A stretch of 42,804 bases of DNA from a virus. This document shows, piece by piece, positions 23,334 through 33,847 of this stretch (positions are counted from its first letter, which is position 1; each line of letters starts with the position of its first letter). Location: the IMG/VR virus record IMGVR_UViG_3300030105_003769, positions 1 through 42,804 of that record. One strand, written 5' to 3'. Under the pieces are notes generated by a model that worked only from the letters and a program-made list of their open reading frames with translations, was not told the origin of the DNA and made no database searches. A program made the position numbers and the translations under genes.

Positions 23334-24488
23334 ATGTACAATTCAACAAAGATTAAAGCGGGGTTAATTGGCTTGATGGGATGGAAGCAAAACGAGGATT
23401 TGACAGGGTGGCAATTAACGGAAATGATAACAAGTGAATCAGGGAGTTTTTATAATTCTGTTCATCCACTTTTGACAATGGATAACCTTATTTCTATTTC
23501 AAAAAGGTATAATGATTTAGCCACTACTCAATCAGAAATCAATACATTTTTTACCAACTGGTTAAAGGGAAAAACCGAGGAGGCAATTTTGGATGCTGTT
23601 GATGTGTGGTTGGAAAGTAAATTTGTGAATCGGAGTGTAAAGAATCTATTAGAGGATGATTTGATGTTTGATGGTACAGGCGATTTAAGCGACTATAACA
23701 CAAACAATTCACAGTTTGTAGGGATGGAGTTTAAAGTTACCAGAGGGTTAGGGATTATGATGAAATTGAGGAGTATTGGGTTACAATTCGAGACTAACCA
23801 AACAATTACTTTTCTTTTGTACAAGTCAGGAATAAAAACCGCTGTTAAAACGGTTGATGTTGCTTATAATCAAAATGGAGGTATTCAATGGGTTGATTTA
23901 TCTGAATGGGAATTAGATGGAGATGGTACTTATTGGGTTGGATATGATGAAGCAAATATTACAGGGAGGAGTATTAATGGGATTAAAGATTATGGATTTG
24001 AGGGAAACGGATTAGAACAGTTTCCAAGCGGTAGATTTTACGGAGCAAGGGCAATGAATGTAGATGGTTATACTAATCAATTATGGGATCTTTCAACAAC
24101 TAAATACTCTCTCTCAACAAATTACGGATTGAATTTTAAATTAGATGTGAGATGTGATTATACTGACTTTATCCTTAATCAAAAAAATATTTTCCGACGG
24201 TTTATTTGGCTAAATGTTGGGATTCGATTATTGGAGGAGATGATGTGGAACGCAAACAGCAACATAAACAGGAATGAGAGTAATATTGACGAAACAAAGG
24301 TTTTGTATGCGATTGAAGGGGATACGCAAAAAACAGGAACAGGAAGAGATATTAGTTTGACAGGAAAAAGGGAAATGGCATTATTGGCAATTGCATTTGA
24401 TGAATCCGGATTAAGTAGGGTTTGTTTACCATGCAAAAAAAAGGGGATTAAAGTTGGTGCAATTGGGCCGGGTGGATTCAGAGGGTAA
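23334..24488 (+). CDS. Virion structural protein, function unknown
   Basis: 384-aa ORF in the head-neck region. Confidence 0.55.
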   Translation: MYNSTKIKAGLIGLMGWKQNEDLTGWQLTEMITSESGSFYNSVHPLLTMDNLISISKRYNDLATTQSEINTFFTNWLKGKTEEAILDAVDVWLESKFVNRSVKNLLEDDLMFDGTGDLSDYNTNNSQFVGMEFKVTRGLGIMMKLRSIGLQFETNQTITFLLYKSGIKTAVKTVDVAYNQNGGIQWVDLSEWELDGDGTYWVGYDEANITGRSINGIKDYGFEGNGLEQFPSGRFYGARAMNVDGYTNQLWDLSTTKYSLSTNYGLNFKLDVRCDYTDFILNQKNIFRRFIWLNVGIRLLEEMMWNANSNINRNESNIDETKVLYAIEGDTQKTGTGRDISLTGKREMALLAIAFDESGLSRVCLPCKKKGIKVGAIGPGGFRG

Positions 24489-24491
24489 AAT

Positions 24492-24932
24492 ATGAGTGAT
24501 GAAATACAAAATTTGATTGAGAGAGTTAAGAACATTGAAAACTCAATGAATGAAATTGTATTGTTTGCAGTCAAAGAAAACGAGGATTTTGTTTTGGAGT
24601 TAAATTTGGAGAAACAATTGTACAAGGGTTTTAAAAATAATGGGGATAGTGTTAGACCAAAGTACGCTCCCTCAACTATCAAAAGAAAGAAGAGAAAAGG
24701 ACAACCATTTGACCGGGTAACATTGAAAGATAAAGGGGATTTTTATGAAGGGTTTAGGGTTGAATATGAGGAGGATAGTTTTATAATTTATGGAGATGAT
24801 GAAAAAACAAAATACTTAATTAAGCGATACGGAAAAGAGGTATTTGGATTGAATGATAAAAGTATAGGGGATTTGATTGAAATGATTGAGGAGGATTTTT
24901 TGAAACTTGTTAAAATAAAATTATTAGGATGA
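24492..24932 (+). CDS. Neck or head-tail joining protein candidate (HK97 gp10-like)
   Basis: VTLKDKGDFYEGFRV resembles the TL.DTG.l..s motif of gp10-like tail-completion proteins. The position fits. Confidence 0.35.
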   Translation: MSDEIQNLIERVKNIENSMNEIVLFAVKENEDFVLELNLEKQLYKGFKNNGDSVRPKYAPSTIKRKKRKGQPFDRVTLKDKGDFYEGFRVEYEEDSFIIYGDDEKTKYLIKRYGKEVFGLNDKSIGDLIEMIEEDFLKLVKIKLLG

Positions 24933-25570
24933 TTGTTAGAAACCCACTTTTACCTGTTATTTCAGAACCTCGATTAATTGATTTGGCGTTGGTTGAGATT
25001 CAAGCAAGGATTTCAACTAAACTTGCATGGGTTAATAATGCTTTTGGGAAAGCAGAAAAAAAAGGAGATTCAATAAAATATCCTGCTGTTTTTGTTGGAG
25101 GTGCAAAAGATGAGGGATATTTAAAATTGTTCCCGGATAGTAACCTGGGGAATTATTGTTTTTTTGATTTCGAGGATGGCGAGGAGATTAATAATTTTGG
25201 CCGGCGAAGTGCTGAAATGGAAAGGAAATTTGGTTTAGTTTTTTGTTTTGATTTTACAAAGGTTTATCCCACTTTTAATAAAAATAGAACAGTTGAAAAT
25301 GTTAAAAATGAGGTATTGCAAGTTTTAGGAAAAACTGGATTCAAAGGTTCTACTTTTCGTATCAATGAATTTCATGAGGAAAAACAAAACGTTTTTAAGG
25401 GATATACAATTAGTGAAATATCTAAAACTGCAAACATGAGGCCATATGGTTTTTTTAGATTGAGTGGAGAAATTAGTTATTCCCAAGCAGGGAAATGTGA
25501 TTTGGACAGTTTGCAAAAAGCCTTGGGGATAAACTATATGCAGATTGAAAACGATTTTGAAGTATCATAA
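24929..25570 (+). CDS. Neck or tail structural protein
   Basis: 213-aa ORF with a 4-nt overlap with the upstream gene. Confidence 0.5.
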   Translation: MIVRNPLLPVISEPRLIDLALVEIQARISTKLAWVNNAFGKAEKKGDSIKYPAVFVGGAKDEGYLKLFPDSNLGNYCFFDFEDGEEINNFGRRSAEMERKFGLVFCFDFTKVYPTFNKNRTVENVKNEVLQVLGKTGFKGSTFRINEFHEEKQNVFKGYTISEISKTANMRPYGFFRLSGEISYSQAGKCDLDSLQKALGINYMQIENDFEVS

Positions 25571-25581
25571 AAAACGAAAAA

Positions 25582-26346
25582 ATGAAAGAAATTGTATTTA
25601 ATAGGAATAGGTTGATAATGTTTGATTCAATCCAGGAATTAATAATTGACAGGTATCAAAAATATAACTCAAATGTTATGATTGATGCAGGGATAGGAAG
25701 CGATTTAAACAGCTTTAGAGAAAGGGTTGAAAATGTTAAGCGATTAATGAAACACGACCAAGGAAAGGCTGCAATGGAATTAGAGAACATGGTGAGTAAT
25801 GTAATGATGATAATGAGTGGATCCAATCCAGAACTAAATAGTTTTATCGTTTTAATAAAATCAATCAATGGAAAAAAGGTAATAGATGAAGAGTTAACAG
25901 AAAGCGGAATTGAGCAAATAAAAAAGAACCTTTCAAAAAAGAGATTAAGAATGGACACGGTTAGGGAATTTATGAATTATTTTAAAAAAAAAGTAGAGTG
26001 GGAATTTGAGGTTTTTTTTCCTGTAATCTCAAAAGTAAATACAAGTACAGAACTTTATGTAATGCTCAAAAAAAAGATTCAAATACAACTAAGGGAGGTT
26101 ATAAACGGGATAGATTTAAGTGAAGATTTAATTAAGGTTGAAAACTTTTTCATTAAAAAAATGAAGCCTAGACAATACGGAGGAGCCGGGGGAATGGAGG
26201 TAAAAATGATAAATGGTTTTGATGATATGTGTACAGTATTAATAAAAAATAATTTAGCCGTTAACCCTAAAAAGTTAACGGTTGTTGAGTTTTATAATAA
26301 GTTGACATTTTTGGAAAAGTTAATTAAGGATAGTAAAAAAAAGTAA
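25582..26346 (+). CDS. Tail assembly chaperone-position protein
   Basis: 254-aa helical protein directly upstream of the tape measure. Confidence 0.4.
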   Translation: MKEIVFNRNRLIMFDSIQELIIDRYQKYNSNVMIDAGIGSDLNSFRERVENVKRLMKHDQGKAAMELENMVSNVMMIMSGSNPELNSFIVLIKSINGKKVIDEELTESGIEQIKKNLSKKRLRMDTVREFMNYFKKKVEWEFEVFFPVISKVNTSTELYVMLKKKIQIQLREVINGIDLSEDLIKVENFFIKKMKPRQYGGAGGMEVKMINGFDDMCTVLIKNNLAVNPKKLTVVEFYNKLTFLEKLIKDSKKK

Positions 26347-26347
26347 C

Positions 26348-26542
26348 ATGATAGAACCTAAAAAATATTCTGAATTAATAAATAAATACGCTGCATTTAA
26401 GAGAGAAATTAATGAATTAACTGAAAAGCAAAGACAAACTAAAAAAGGAAAGGAAGCAATAAGAAAACTTTCATTAATTCACGATAGAATAAAGATTTTA
26501 CAAGAAGAGGTAAGAACGTGTACAATTAAAAAAGGATATTAA
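26348..26542 (+). CDS. Small coiled-coil protein in the chaperone position
   Basis: 64-aa ORF starting 1 nt after the previous stop. Confidence 0.45.
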   Translation: MIEPKKYSELINKYAAFKREINELTEKQRQTKKGKEAIRKLSLIHDRIKILQEEVRTCTIKKGY

Positions 26543-26554
26543 AAAAAGTAAAAA

Positions 26555-29500
26555 ATGGGTAATCCAATAAAAACTTCAAAACTCTATGAAAATACAGGGG
26601 AATTAAAAGAGCTTATAAAAGAGCTTGAATTGGTGCAAGAGGCATTGATTAAATTGAGAAATGAACAGGTAACAAGTGCAAAAGTGTTATCTGCTACGAT
26701 TAAGAAAACTACAACAGAAACAACAAAGCAAAAAGAGGAGATTGAAGAAACAGCAAAGAAAACTGATGATGTTGCAAAAGCATATAAAAAATATAATAAA
26801 TCTATTGATGATAACGCCAAACAAATTCAAAGAATAAATGCAGCGACAAAGGAACAAAATGAGTTAAATAAACAATCTGTAAAAATACAGGATAGCGCAG
26901 TTGGTTCAACAAACGCTTTAAATGCTGAATTAAAATTGAATAAAAAGAGGTTGGATGAATTAACAGAATCAGAAAAAAATAATACAATTGAGGGGAGAAA
27001 ATTAATGAAAAAAAATCAAGAGTTAAAAAAGGCTCTTGATGATGTTAAGAAATCAGAAAAACTATTAACCGTCCAAACGGTAAAATTAACCGCTGTTCAA
27101 AAGCTAGAAAAAAAAGTAGTTGAATCAAAAGAGGGATCTTATAACCAACTGAGTGCTCAATATTCATTAAATAAAATAGCTTTAAATAAGCTTTCAAAAG
27201 AGGAAAGAAGTAATACAAAAGCAGGGAGGGAGTTGGTAACAACTACTGATGATATTTATACGGAAATGAAACGGTTGCAAAAAGAGACGGGAAAAACGAC
27301 TTTGAACGTTGGTAATTATGAAGAAGCCCTGGGGAGTGCAGATGCAGCAAGTGGGGGATTTATTGGAAGCGTGAAAGCTATTGGAAAAAGTTTTATGGTA
27401 TTGTTGGCCAATCCAATTGTATTGTTTTTAACATTGATCGTTGGAGCTTTGGCAGCTTTGGGGAATGCTTTTAAATCAAGTGATAAGGGTGCAAGATTAT
27501 TAGAAAAAGGAACAGCTTTAGTAAGTGCAGGGTTTTCTATTTTGGTTGAATTATCAGTAAAATTAGTAGAAGGAATTGAGAATGTTTTTGGAGATGCTGC
27601 AAACTCGAAAATTGGGAAATTTGCAGGGATATTAAAGGATCTAATTATTGTTAGGGTTAAAGGCTTAATTAATGCTTTGAGTTTCCTTGGTGAAACTATT
27701 GGAGCTTTGGCAGATGGGGATTTTAAAAAGATGAAAGAAGCGGGGGTTAATGCAGCAGCGGCAATTAATCAAGCAATTACAGGAATACAATTGGGGGATG
27801 ATTCTGAATTACTGAAAGGGTTGGAAAAGGTAGTTGAGAAAGTAGATGAAACAGCAAAGGCATTTGTAGGATTAGCGGTTGCAAGGTTAGCGACTCAGAG
27901 AGCAAACAGGGAATTAACTAAGTCAGTTGAACAATTGACCACAAAAGAGGCTGTTTTAAGAACGTTTGCAGATGATACAACAAAATCCTTTAAGGAGAGA
28001 GAAAAAGCAAATGAGGATGCTATCAAGGTGCTAGAAAACAAAAGCGCATTGGAGGTAAGGATTGCAAAAAATAATCTTTCATTAATTAATTCGGAAATTG
28101 ATTTAAGAAGGAAAAGCGGTGAAAACGTGGAAGTCCTTTTGGATAATCAACTTTCAGCATATTCAGCCTTGAAACAAGCAGAAAGGGATTTCACGTTGGC
28201 AGTTCGGGACAATGAAAGGACACGGGATGAATTAAAACAAGATCGACTTGAAAGGGATTTGGATATTTTGTTAGATGGTTTTGATAATCAAAAAACGATT
28301 AATGAAAAATTGATTGCAAGTGATGAATTGACGTTTGAAAAAAGGCGTGAAATATTAGAAGAAACAAATAAACTTTCTGACTCATCCTTTGCAAAACAAA
28401 TTGAAACTTTACAGAAATTTACAGGGATTTCAATTAATTCTAATGAGTTAATTGGGGAAAGTGATGCAATAGTATTAAATCAAAAAATACGTTCACTAGG
28501 GCTATCTGAAATCATTGAGGGGAGATTATTGGAAATAGTAAGGGATAGGAAAAGCGCAAACCAAGAATTAACAGAAAGCGAGCAAGATTTAAATAATGCG
28601 GTTAAAAAAAGTCAAGAAGAACAATTGGAATATAGAAAATCATTAATTGAAAAAGCAAAAGCAGCTTATAATGATTTTGAGGAGAAAAGGAAACAAGGGA
28701 TTCGAGATACTTTTGAACAAAGACAAGAGTTGGCAAATAGTGAATTTGATTTATTAGTTTCTACTGAGGATGAAAAGACAAAGTTTGCATTGAAAGCAGA
28801 AAAAGAAAGGTTGTTAAAAATCATTGAGTTAAATAAATCATTAGGTGGTAAACTTTCAGATATTCAAATTGAAACTCTTAAAAATCAGATTAAAAAAATA
28901 GATCAAGAAATTGAAAAAGTTGGAGGAGACGATGGGGAAGAAAAAGATATTTATGATTTATTAGGGTTTAATCTTGATGATGAACAAAAGAAAGCTATTA
29001 GTCAATCTGTTAATTTTGTAACCTCTCAAATATCTGATATTTTAAGCGCGAGGAGTGAGGCAGCAAAAGAGGCAGTAAGCATTGCAAATACTGAGGTTGA
29101 GCAAGCTCAAAGAACTGTACAGATAGAACAGGATAAATTATTGGCAGGAGAGGCCAACCGAGTTCAATCGGCTCAAAGAGATTTAGAGAATGCCAAAAAG
29201 ACTCAAGCAGCAGCACTCAAGGAACAACAGAAAGCGCAACAGGCGCAAAATGCGCTTGATACAGCACAACAGGCAGTAAGTTTAATCACAGCGAGTGCAA
29301 ATATATTTAAGACATTCACAGCCGGGTTTGGGCCTGCTGGGTCGGTTTTGGCAGTTGGTGCAATTGCCGCAATGTTTGGAACTTTCATTGCATCAAAAGT
29401 TAAGGCAAACAAATTGGTAAAAAAGACTTTCGGAAAGGGAACATATGAAGTTTTAAAAGGTGGCTCTCATGCTTCGGGGGATGATATTGGATTGGGGATG

Positions 29501-29830
29501 ATGGGAGAGAATACAGAAAGGAGAGCAGAGGGAGGTGAAGGATTAGCGATTTTTGCAAAAAGTAAAGTAAATAAATATCGTACACTTTTGCCTGACGTGG
29601 TGAAGTCCATCAATTCCGGTACTTTTGAGGAGATGTTCATGAGGAAAAATTTAGTTGCTGACGAGGTTGGAAATTTTGTTTTGGGTGGTAATTCAGGAGG
29701 GAGTGTTGATTTAAGCAGATCTGAGAAATTGTTGGAAAAGATTGGAGAGAATACAAGTGGCGCAAATTATACAAACGCAAAAGGGAACTCAATGGAGATT
29801 AGAAAAAATGTAAAAACTGAGTATGTGTAA
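26555..29830 (+). CDS. Tail tape measure protein
   Basis: 1091 aa with long coiled coils. There are internal hydrophobic segments (FMVLLANPIVLFLTLIVGALAALG; GPAGSVLAVGAIAAMFGTFIA). It is the longest ORF in the tail module. Confidence 0.8.
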   Translation: MGNPIKTSKLYENTGELKELIKELELVQEALIKLRNEQVTSAKVLSATIKKTTTETTKQKEEIEETAKKTDDVAKAYKKYNKSIDDNAKQIQRINAATKEQNELNKQSVKIQDSAVGSTNALNAELKLNKKRLDELTESEKNNTIEGRKLMKKNQELKKALDDVKKSEKLLTVQTVKLTAVQKLEKKVVESKEGSYNQLSAQYSLNKIALNKLSKEERSNTKAGRELVTTTDDIYTEMKRLQKETGKTTLNVGNYEEALGSADAASGGFIGSVKAIGKSFMVLLANPIVLFLTLIVGALAALGNAFKSSDKGARLLEKGTALVSAGFSILVELSVKLVEGIENVFGDAANSKIGKFAGILKDLIIVRVKGLINALSFLGETIGALADGDFKKMKEAGVNAAAAINQAITGIQLGDDSELLKGLEKVVEKVDETAKAFVGLAVARLATQRANRELTKSVEQLTTKEAVLRTFADDTTKSFKEREKANEDAIKVLENKSALEVRIAKNNLSLINSEIDLRRKSGENVEVLLDNQLSAYSALKQAERDFTLAVRDNERTRDELKQDRLERDLDILLDGFDNQKTINEKLIASDELTFEKRREILEETNKLSDSSFAKQIETLQKFTGISINSNELIGESDAIVLNQKIRSLGLSEIIEGRLLEIVRDRKSANQELTESEQDLNNAVKKSQEEQLEYRKSLIEKAKAAYNDFEEKRKQGIRDTFEQRQELANSEFDLLVSTEDEKTKFALKAEKERLLKIIELNKSLGGKLSDIQIETLKNQIKKIDQEIEKVGGDDGEEKDIYDLLGFNLDDEQKKAISQSVNFVTSQISDILSARSEAAKEAVSIANTEVEQAQRTVQIEQDKLLAGEANRVQSAQRDLENAKKTQAAALKEQQKAQQAQNALDTAQQAVSLITASANIFKTFTAGFGPAGSVLAVGAIAAMFGTFIASKVKANKLVKKTFGKGTYEVLKGGSHASGDDIGLGMMGENTERRAEGGEGLAIFAKSKVNKYRTLLPDVVKSINSGTFEEMFMRKNLVADEVGNFVLGGNSGGSVDLSRSEKLLEKIGENTSGANYTNAKGNSMEIRKNVKTEYV

Positions 29831-31961
29831 AACAGATTATCAATTTAGGGTAGATTTAGCAGCAAGTATTATAAATGTTTATCCCATTTATGAGGAGAAG
29901 ATATTGGATGCTACAAGGCAGGGGAAAAACAAGTATTTAAAAACTTCAATAAATGCTAAATTTTATTTTATTGGGGATGATTTTACTGCTTTTATGGGGG
30001 AAGATATTGAGCATGAATTTAAAATTAGAATAGATAAAATTGTTGATGGGGTTACTCAATTGAATTGGAAAACGGGAACTTTTACAAGGCTAGATTTTGA
30101 GGTTTGGAATGCTAAAATTGAGGAAAGGATTGAGGTGAGTATTGAGTTGGATGATTTATATACTCGAATTGAAGAGAAGCAAGATAAGGAAATGAATTTT
30201 TTTGATTTGAATGTAGGTGCAAGAACTGTTAAATATGATATTTTGCCATTGTTTCAAATTTATAATTCTTTCAATGGTAAAATATCCAACCACTTAAGAG
30301 GAAACTATTGGGAAGAGTTTGCAGCCGTTCCAACAAAAGATCCTGCAATTTTAGCCGGGTTTGGATTTCAAAATGTTAATATAGGTGGTGCTGTAACTCG
30401 ATTTGGAATGGGTTTTGGAGAGCCAAATCTAAATGGGAAATACTTAGTTGATGGGGGGAGTTTTCAAAATGAAAATACATTGTATAGGGTTGATTTTACA
30501 ATTGATGGGAGTGGTGAGTTTTATGATGGGGAATTAATAAGGGAATCAGATAATTTTGTTTTATTCGAGTACAAAGGAGAGGGGTTAGGACTTTCTTTTG
30601 ACAATGCAAAATTTGTTCACGTAGATGGGGAAGCAGCAGGGTTATTTACTTTTCAAGGAACAAACCTATATTCAAGAGTTTTAGTTGCAGTTGATACAGT
30701 AGCAGGGCAAACAGTAATTGCACTCACAGAGGATGATATTAGTACAAATAAAGGTAATTACACTCATATTATTGAGGGGAGTTTCGTAGGGGTTGAAATT
30801 TCAACAACTTCACAGGTTGCAAAAACTCCATATTTAATATCAGGAATCCCAACAGGTACAAATGAAAACAGATATTTTACAGAATTGGCGAATCCTCCAT
30901 TTTATCAACCTGTTTTAAAATCCAGTTGGTTAGGAGGAGCCGTTTTTATGTTCATTGGTGCAACGGGATTAGGGTTTTTTAACACCGCTGTAAAGGAGGT
31001 AAAAAATGATTATTGTTTTGAGTTGGTTGATGTAGTGAGGGCAATGATGGGGAATATGGTTGACGATGTGACAATTGGAGCCACATTAGGAGAGTTCTTT
31101 GGGGTTACTAATCCAATCAGTTTAACATCGTCAAAACGAATGTTCATTACTCATAAGAGTAATGTTAAAGATGTTAATTTTGAAAACCCTGCTACAAAAG
31201 CCACTATTAAATTTTCAGAAATAAAAAACTTAATGGAGTTTGGGTTTAATTGTTTTCCTTATTTGGAAGGGAATGAGTTAAGGTTTGAACATTCTTTATT
31301 TTTCGAGAATGGAAAAAGTTATACAACTGAAAATATAGGGTACGATTTAACAACTTTATTAGAATCAAAAAATGACAAACTTTGGTCTTTTGGGACAAAT
31401 CAATGGAAGTACGCAAAGGAAGAGATACCAGGCGCAATAGTTACAAAATGGAGTGATAGTGGAAGTATAGTTTTTGATGGGTACAGAATCAAGCTATTGA
31501 GTAAATATGCCAATAAGACAGAACCTAATGAAGAAATTATTAGTAATTTTATGACAGATATGGATTACATTATGAGTAATCCGGATTCAGTTGGTTCACA
31601 GGGTTTTGTGTTGATGTTTGTTGATACTTTAGAGGATGGAACATTTAAAGTAAATTATCAGAGTGTAGGTATCAATGGAAACATAAATGATGTGCAAAAT
31701 GGAAAGGGCGCAATGGTTTATTTACATGATAAATTTCACAGAAACGGCCTACCTTGTAGAAAAGTTGAAATAAATGAAGAGGCGGTTGATGCTTTGAGCG
31801 TAAAAAGGACACGGGTACAAGAAATAACATTTGGAGGAGGAGAGGGAATTGATAATTTAAAACTAGTAAAAACAGAGTTAGGAAATGGGGAAGTAGAAAA
31901 ATGGGGAGAAAATTTGGAAGATGGTTCTATTATCGCAACACTAAGACATAATATAGAATAA
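29823..31961 (+). CDS. Tail tip or distal tail protein (by position)
   Basis: 712 aa, overlapping the tape measure stop. Confidence 0.4.
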   Translation: MCKTDYQFRVDLAASIINVYPIYEEKILDATRQGKNKYLKTSINAKFYFIGDDFTAFMGEDIEHEFKIRIDKIVDGVTQLNWKTGTFTRLDFEVWNAKIEERIEVSIELDDLYTRIEEKQDKEMNFFDLNVGARTVKYDILPLFQIYNSFNGKISNHLRGNYWEEFAAVPTKDPAILAGFGFQNVNIGGAVTRFGMGFGEPNLNGKYLVDGGSFQNENTLYRVDFTIDGSGEFYDGELIRESDNFVLFEYKGEGLGLSFDNAKFVHVDGEAAGLFTFQGTNLYSRVLVAVDTVAGQTVIALTEDDISTNKGNYTHIIEGSFVGVEISTTSQVAKTPYLISGIPTGTNENRYFTELANPPFYQPVLKSSWLGGAVFMFIGATGLGFFNTAVKEVKNDYCFELVDVVRAMMGNMVDDVTIGATLGEFFGVTNPISLTSSKRMFITHKSNVKDVNFENPATKATIKFSEIKNLMEFGFNCFPYLEGNELRFEHSLFFENGKSYTTENIGYDLTTLLESKNDKLWSFGTNQWKYAKEEIPGAIVTKWSDSGSIVFDGYRIKLLSKYANKTEPNEEIISNFMTDMDYIMSNPDSVGSQGFVLMFVDTLEDGTFKVNYQSVGINGNINDVQNGKGAMVYLHDKFHRNGLPCRKVEINEEAVDALSVKRTRVQEITFGGGEGIDNLKLVKTELGNGEVEKWGENLEDGSIIATLRHNIE

Positions 31962-31962
31962 A

Positions 31963-33399
31963 ATGGGATATAACGTATTAGCAATTTATGACAATGAAAA
32001 CGAGCAGAATTATCAGAAATGGTATGTAATGGATCGGAATGTTTATTTGCATGAACAAATAGATTATACTCCTCCATTTCAATTCTCAATTATTAATCCG
32101 GATGAAAACACGCTAACTATTATTTCTAGTGTGATGTTAGTTAATTTTAATACAGGTGTTGAGGTTGATATTTTGAGTGAAATGGTAATAGGTGGTTTTG
32201 AAGTTTATAGACCCGTGGCAGTTGGGTATGATAGTGTAGTTTATCCTTCAACTCTTCCTCTTGGTGGATCTTACCAAGGTGAATATTTTTTAAAATTCAA
32301 CTATGGAGCCAGTACAAAAACAAGTGATGTTTTTTGTATGGGAGATGTTACCGACAAAATTAAAATTGAATGGTGGCACAATTCAGATTTTTGTTACCCT
32401 GGGGGCCAATTTAGATATACGGCTCCTTTTAAAATGAGAACTTATGTATGTTCAAGTGTTGGGAAACCTACATATGAATACTCAGAGAAAGTAGTTAACC
32501 GATCCGGGTATAAATTCCCACTTCAACAGATTAGATATAAATTAAATAAATTTGTTGCCTTCCTTCCCGAATTTATTTCCGACGGGATGAGTTTAATTAG
32601 AAACCATGATAATTGTGAAATAACGGAAAATGGGAGAGTATACATAGTTGATGAGTTTATGATGGAAAATCCATCCTGGTTAGACCGTGGAGATATTGCT
32701 GAAGTTGTTTTTGAGTTTAAGACTGATACGGTAGTTATCACGAACGCAAAAAAAAAATCTCTGATTGAATATGTTGCAGTTGCGGGGAGTTGCATTTTGG
32801 TTGATTTTCATTGTGTTGCAATGGTTGAAAAGGGTAGTTTTAATTACCAATATTTCCTCTATGATGATAATATAAACGGGGGAGTAAATAGTTTAAATCC
32901 TGGAAATCTTGTTTTGATTAATGATTTGGTAAATGAAAAAATAGAATTATTCGATGTAACCTCAAATCCTCAATCATATCAACAACAGCCTCTCACAGTT
33001 GGAAATGTTGCTTTTGATACGAATGATAATAAATATTTCTTTGCTCCAATTGGAGAGACAGATAATGTAATTAATACAATTATTTCAAATGTAACAGCAA
33101 TTGGATCAGTTGGAACGGTAACGGGGGAAAGTTTTGTAAATGTAGTTGTTGAAATTTGGGTAAAGATCCAAACAGGAGGAACAACAATTGAAGAAAAGAG
33201 AGGGGTTGGTTATTCAAGTGATTTAGGAACAGGGATTAATTTTGATTATGATGTTGGAGTGGTAGCTGTTCAGATTAAAATATCAAGTGCAAACTGTCCT
33301 TTATTTGATGTAAGTGATTGGTATATAGTAAATCCACCGATTAACCCACAACAGGGAATTGATTATATGCAAATAGGTTTTGATTTTAAAGTAACGTAA
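31963..33399 (+). CDS. Tail tip or baseplate protein (by position)
   Basis: 478-aa ORF. Confidence 0.4.
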   Translation: MGYNVLAIYDNENEQNYQKWYVMDRNVYLHEQIDYTPPFQFSIINPDENTLTIISSVMLVNFNTGVEVDILSEMVIGGFEVYRPVAVGYDSVVYPSTLPLGGSYQGEYFLKFNYGASTKTSDVFCMGDVTDKIKIEWWHNSDFCYPGGQFRYTAPFKMRTYVCSSVGKPTYEYSEKVVNRSGYKFPLQQIRYKLNKFVAFLPEFISDGMSLIRNHDNCEITENGRVYIVDEFMMENPSWLDRGDIAEVVFEFKTDTVVITNAKKKSLIEYVAVAGSCILVDFHCVAMVEKGSFNYQYFLYDDNINGGVNSLNPGNLVLINDLVNEKIELFDVTSNPQSYQQQPLTVGNVAFDTNDNKYFFAPIGETDNVINTIISNVTAIGSVGTVTGESFVNVVVEIWVKIQTGGTTIEEKRGVGYSSDLGTGINFDYDVGVVAVQIKISSANCPLFDVSDWYIVNPPINPQQGIDYMQIGFDFKVT

Positions 33400-33414
33400 A
33401 AAATAAAAATTATC

Positions 33415-33813
33415 ATGGCAATAGAAAGTGATGTACAATTAAAAACTTATTTTGAGGTTAACGACTTCCCCACTCAGGTTCAATTTTCGAGTTTTATAGA
33501 TAGTAAATACTCGAAGGAGGCAGGGATGGGAGTTGAATTAGGAGTTTTGGTTGATGATGAACCAATTATTATTCCTTCAAAAAGACTGTTTTCAAAACTC
33601 ATAATTTGGAGTCCGGATGTGGGAACAGTTGTAAATTTAGGAGATACAGTTGGGGGGACTCAATATTTGCAAGCTGAATTATTAGTTCAAAATGTACCTA
33701 GGACTTTTGATATAGATATTCCATTTTCTCTCTCCTCGAAAACTATTTACATTCAATTTGACGATGGAGCAGGAGGAGGAGCAACGGGGGAAGTTAGGTA
33801 TTATATCAACTAA
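33415..33813 (+). CDS. Hypothetical tail-module protein
   Basis: 132-aa ORF. Confidence 0.5.
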   Translation: MAIESDVQLKTYFEVNDFPTQVQFSSFIDSKYSKEAGMGVELGVLVDDEPIIIPSKRLFSKLIIWSPDVGTVVNLGDTVGGTQYLQAELLVQNVPRTFDIDIPFSLSSKTIYIQFDDGAGGGATGEVRYYIN

Positions 33814-33847
33814 AAAAATTAGTAAACAATTTAAAAATATATATAAG

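Noticed and set aside
26335-26350. A8G slippery run (A AAA AAG) at the junction of the two chaperone-position genes, suggesting the canonical -1 tail-chaperone frameshift
   Set aside because: The -1 frame hits TGA after three codons (26349-26351). The downstream ORF is in the +1 frame and has its own ATG 1 nt after the stop, so simple restart is the more parsimonious reading.
29440-29480. HxxxD (SHASGD) near the tape-measure C-terminus as a possible M23 peptidase motif
   Set aside because: No downstream HxH motif or other M23 features are present. A single short match is not evidence.
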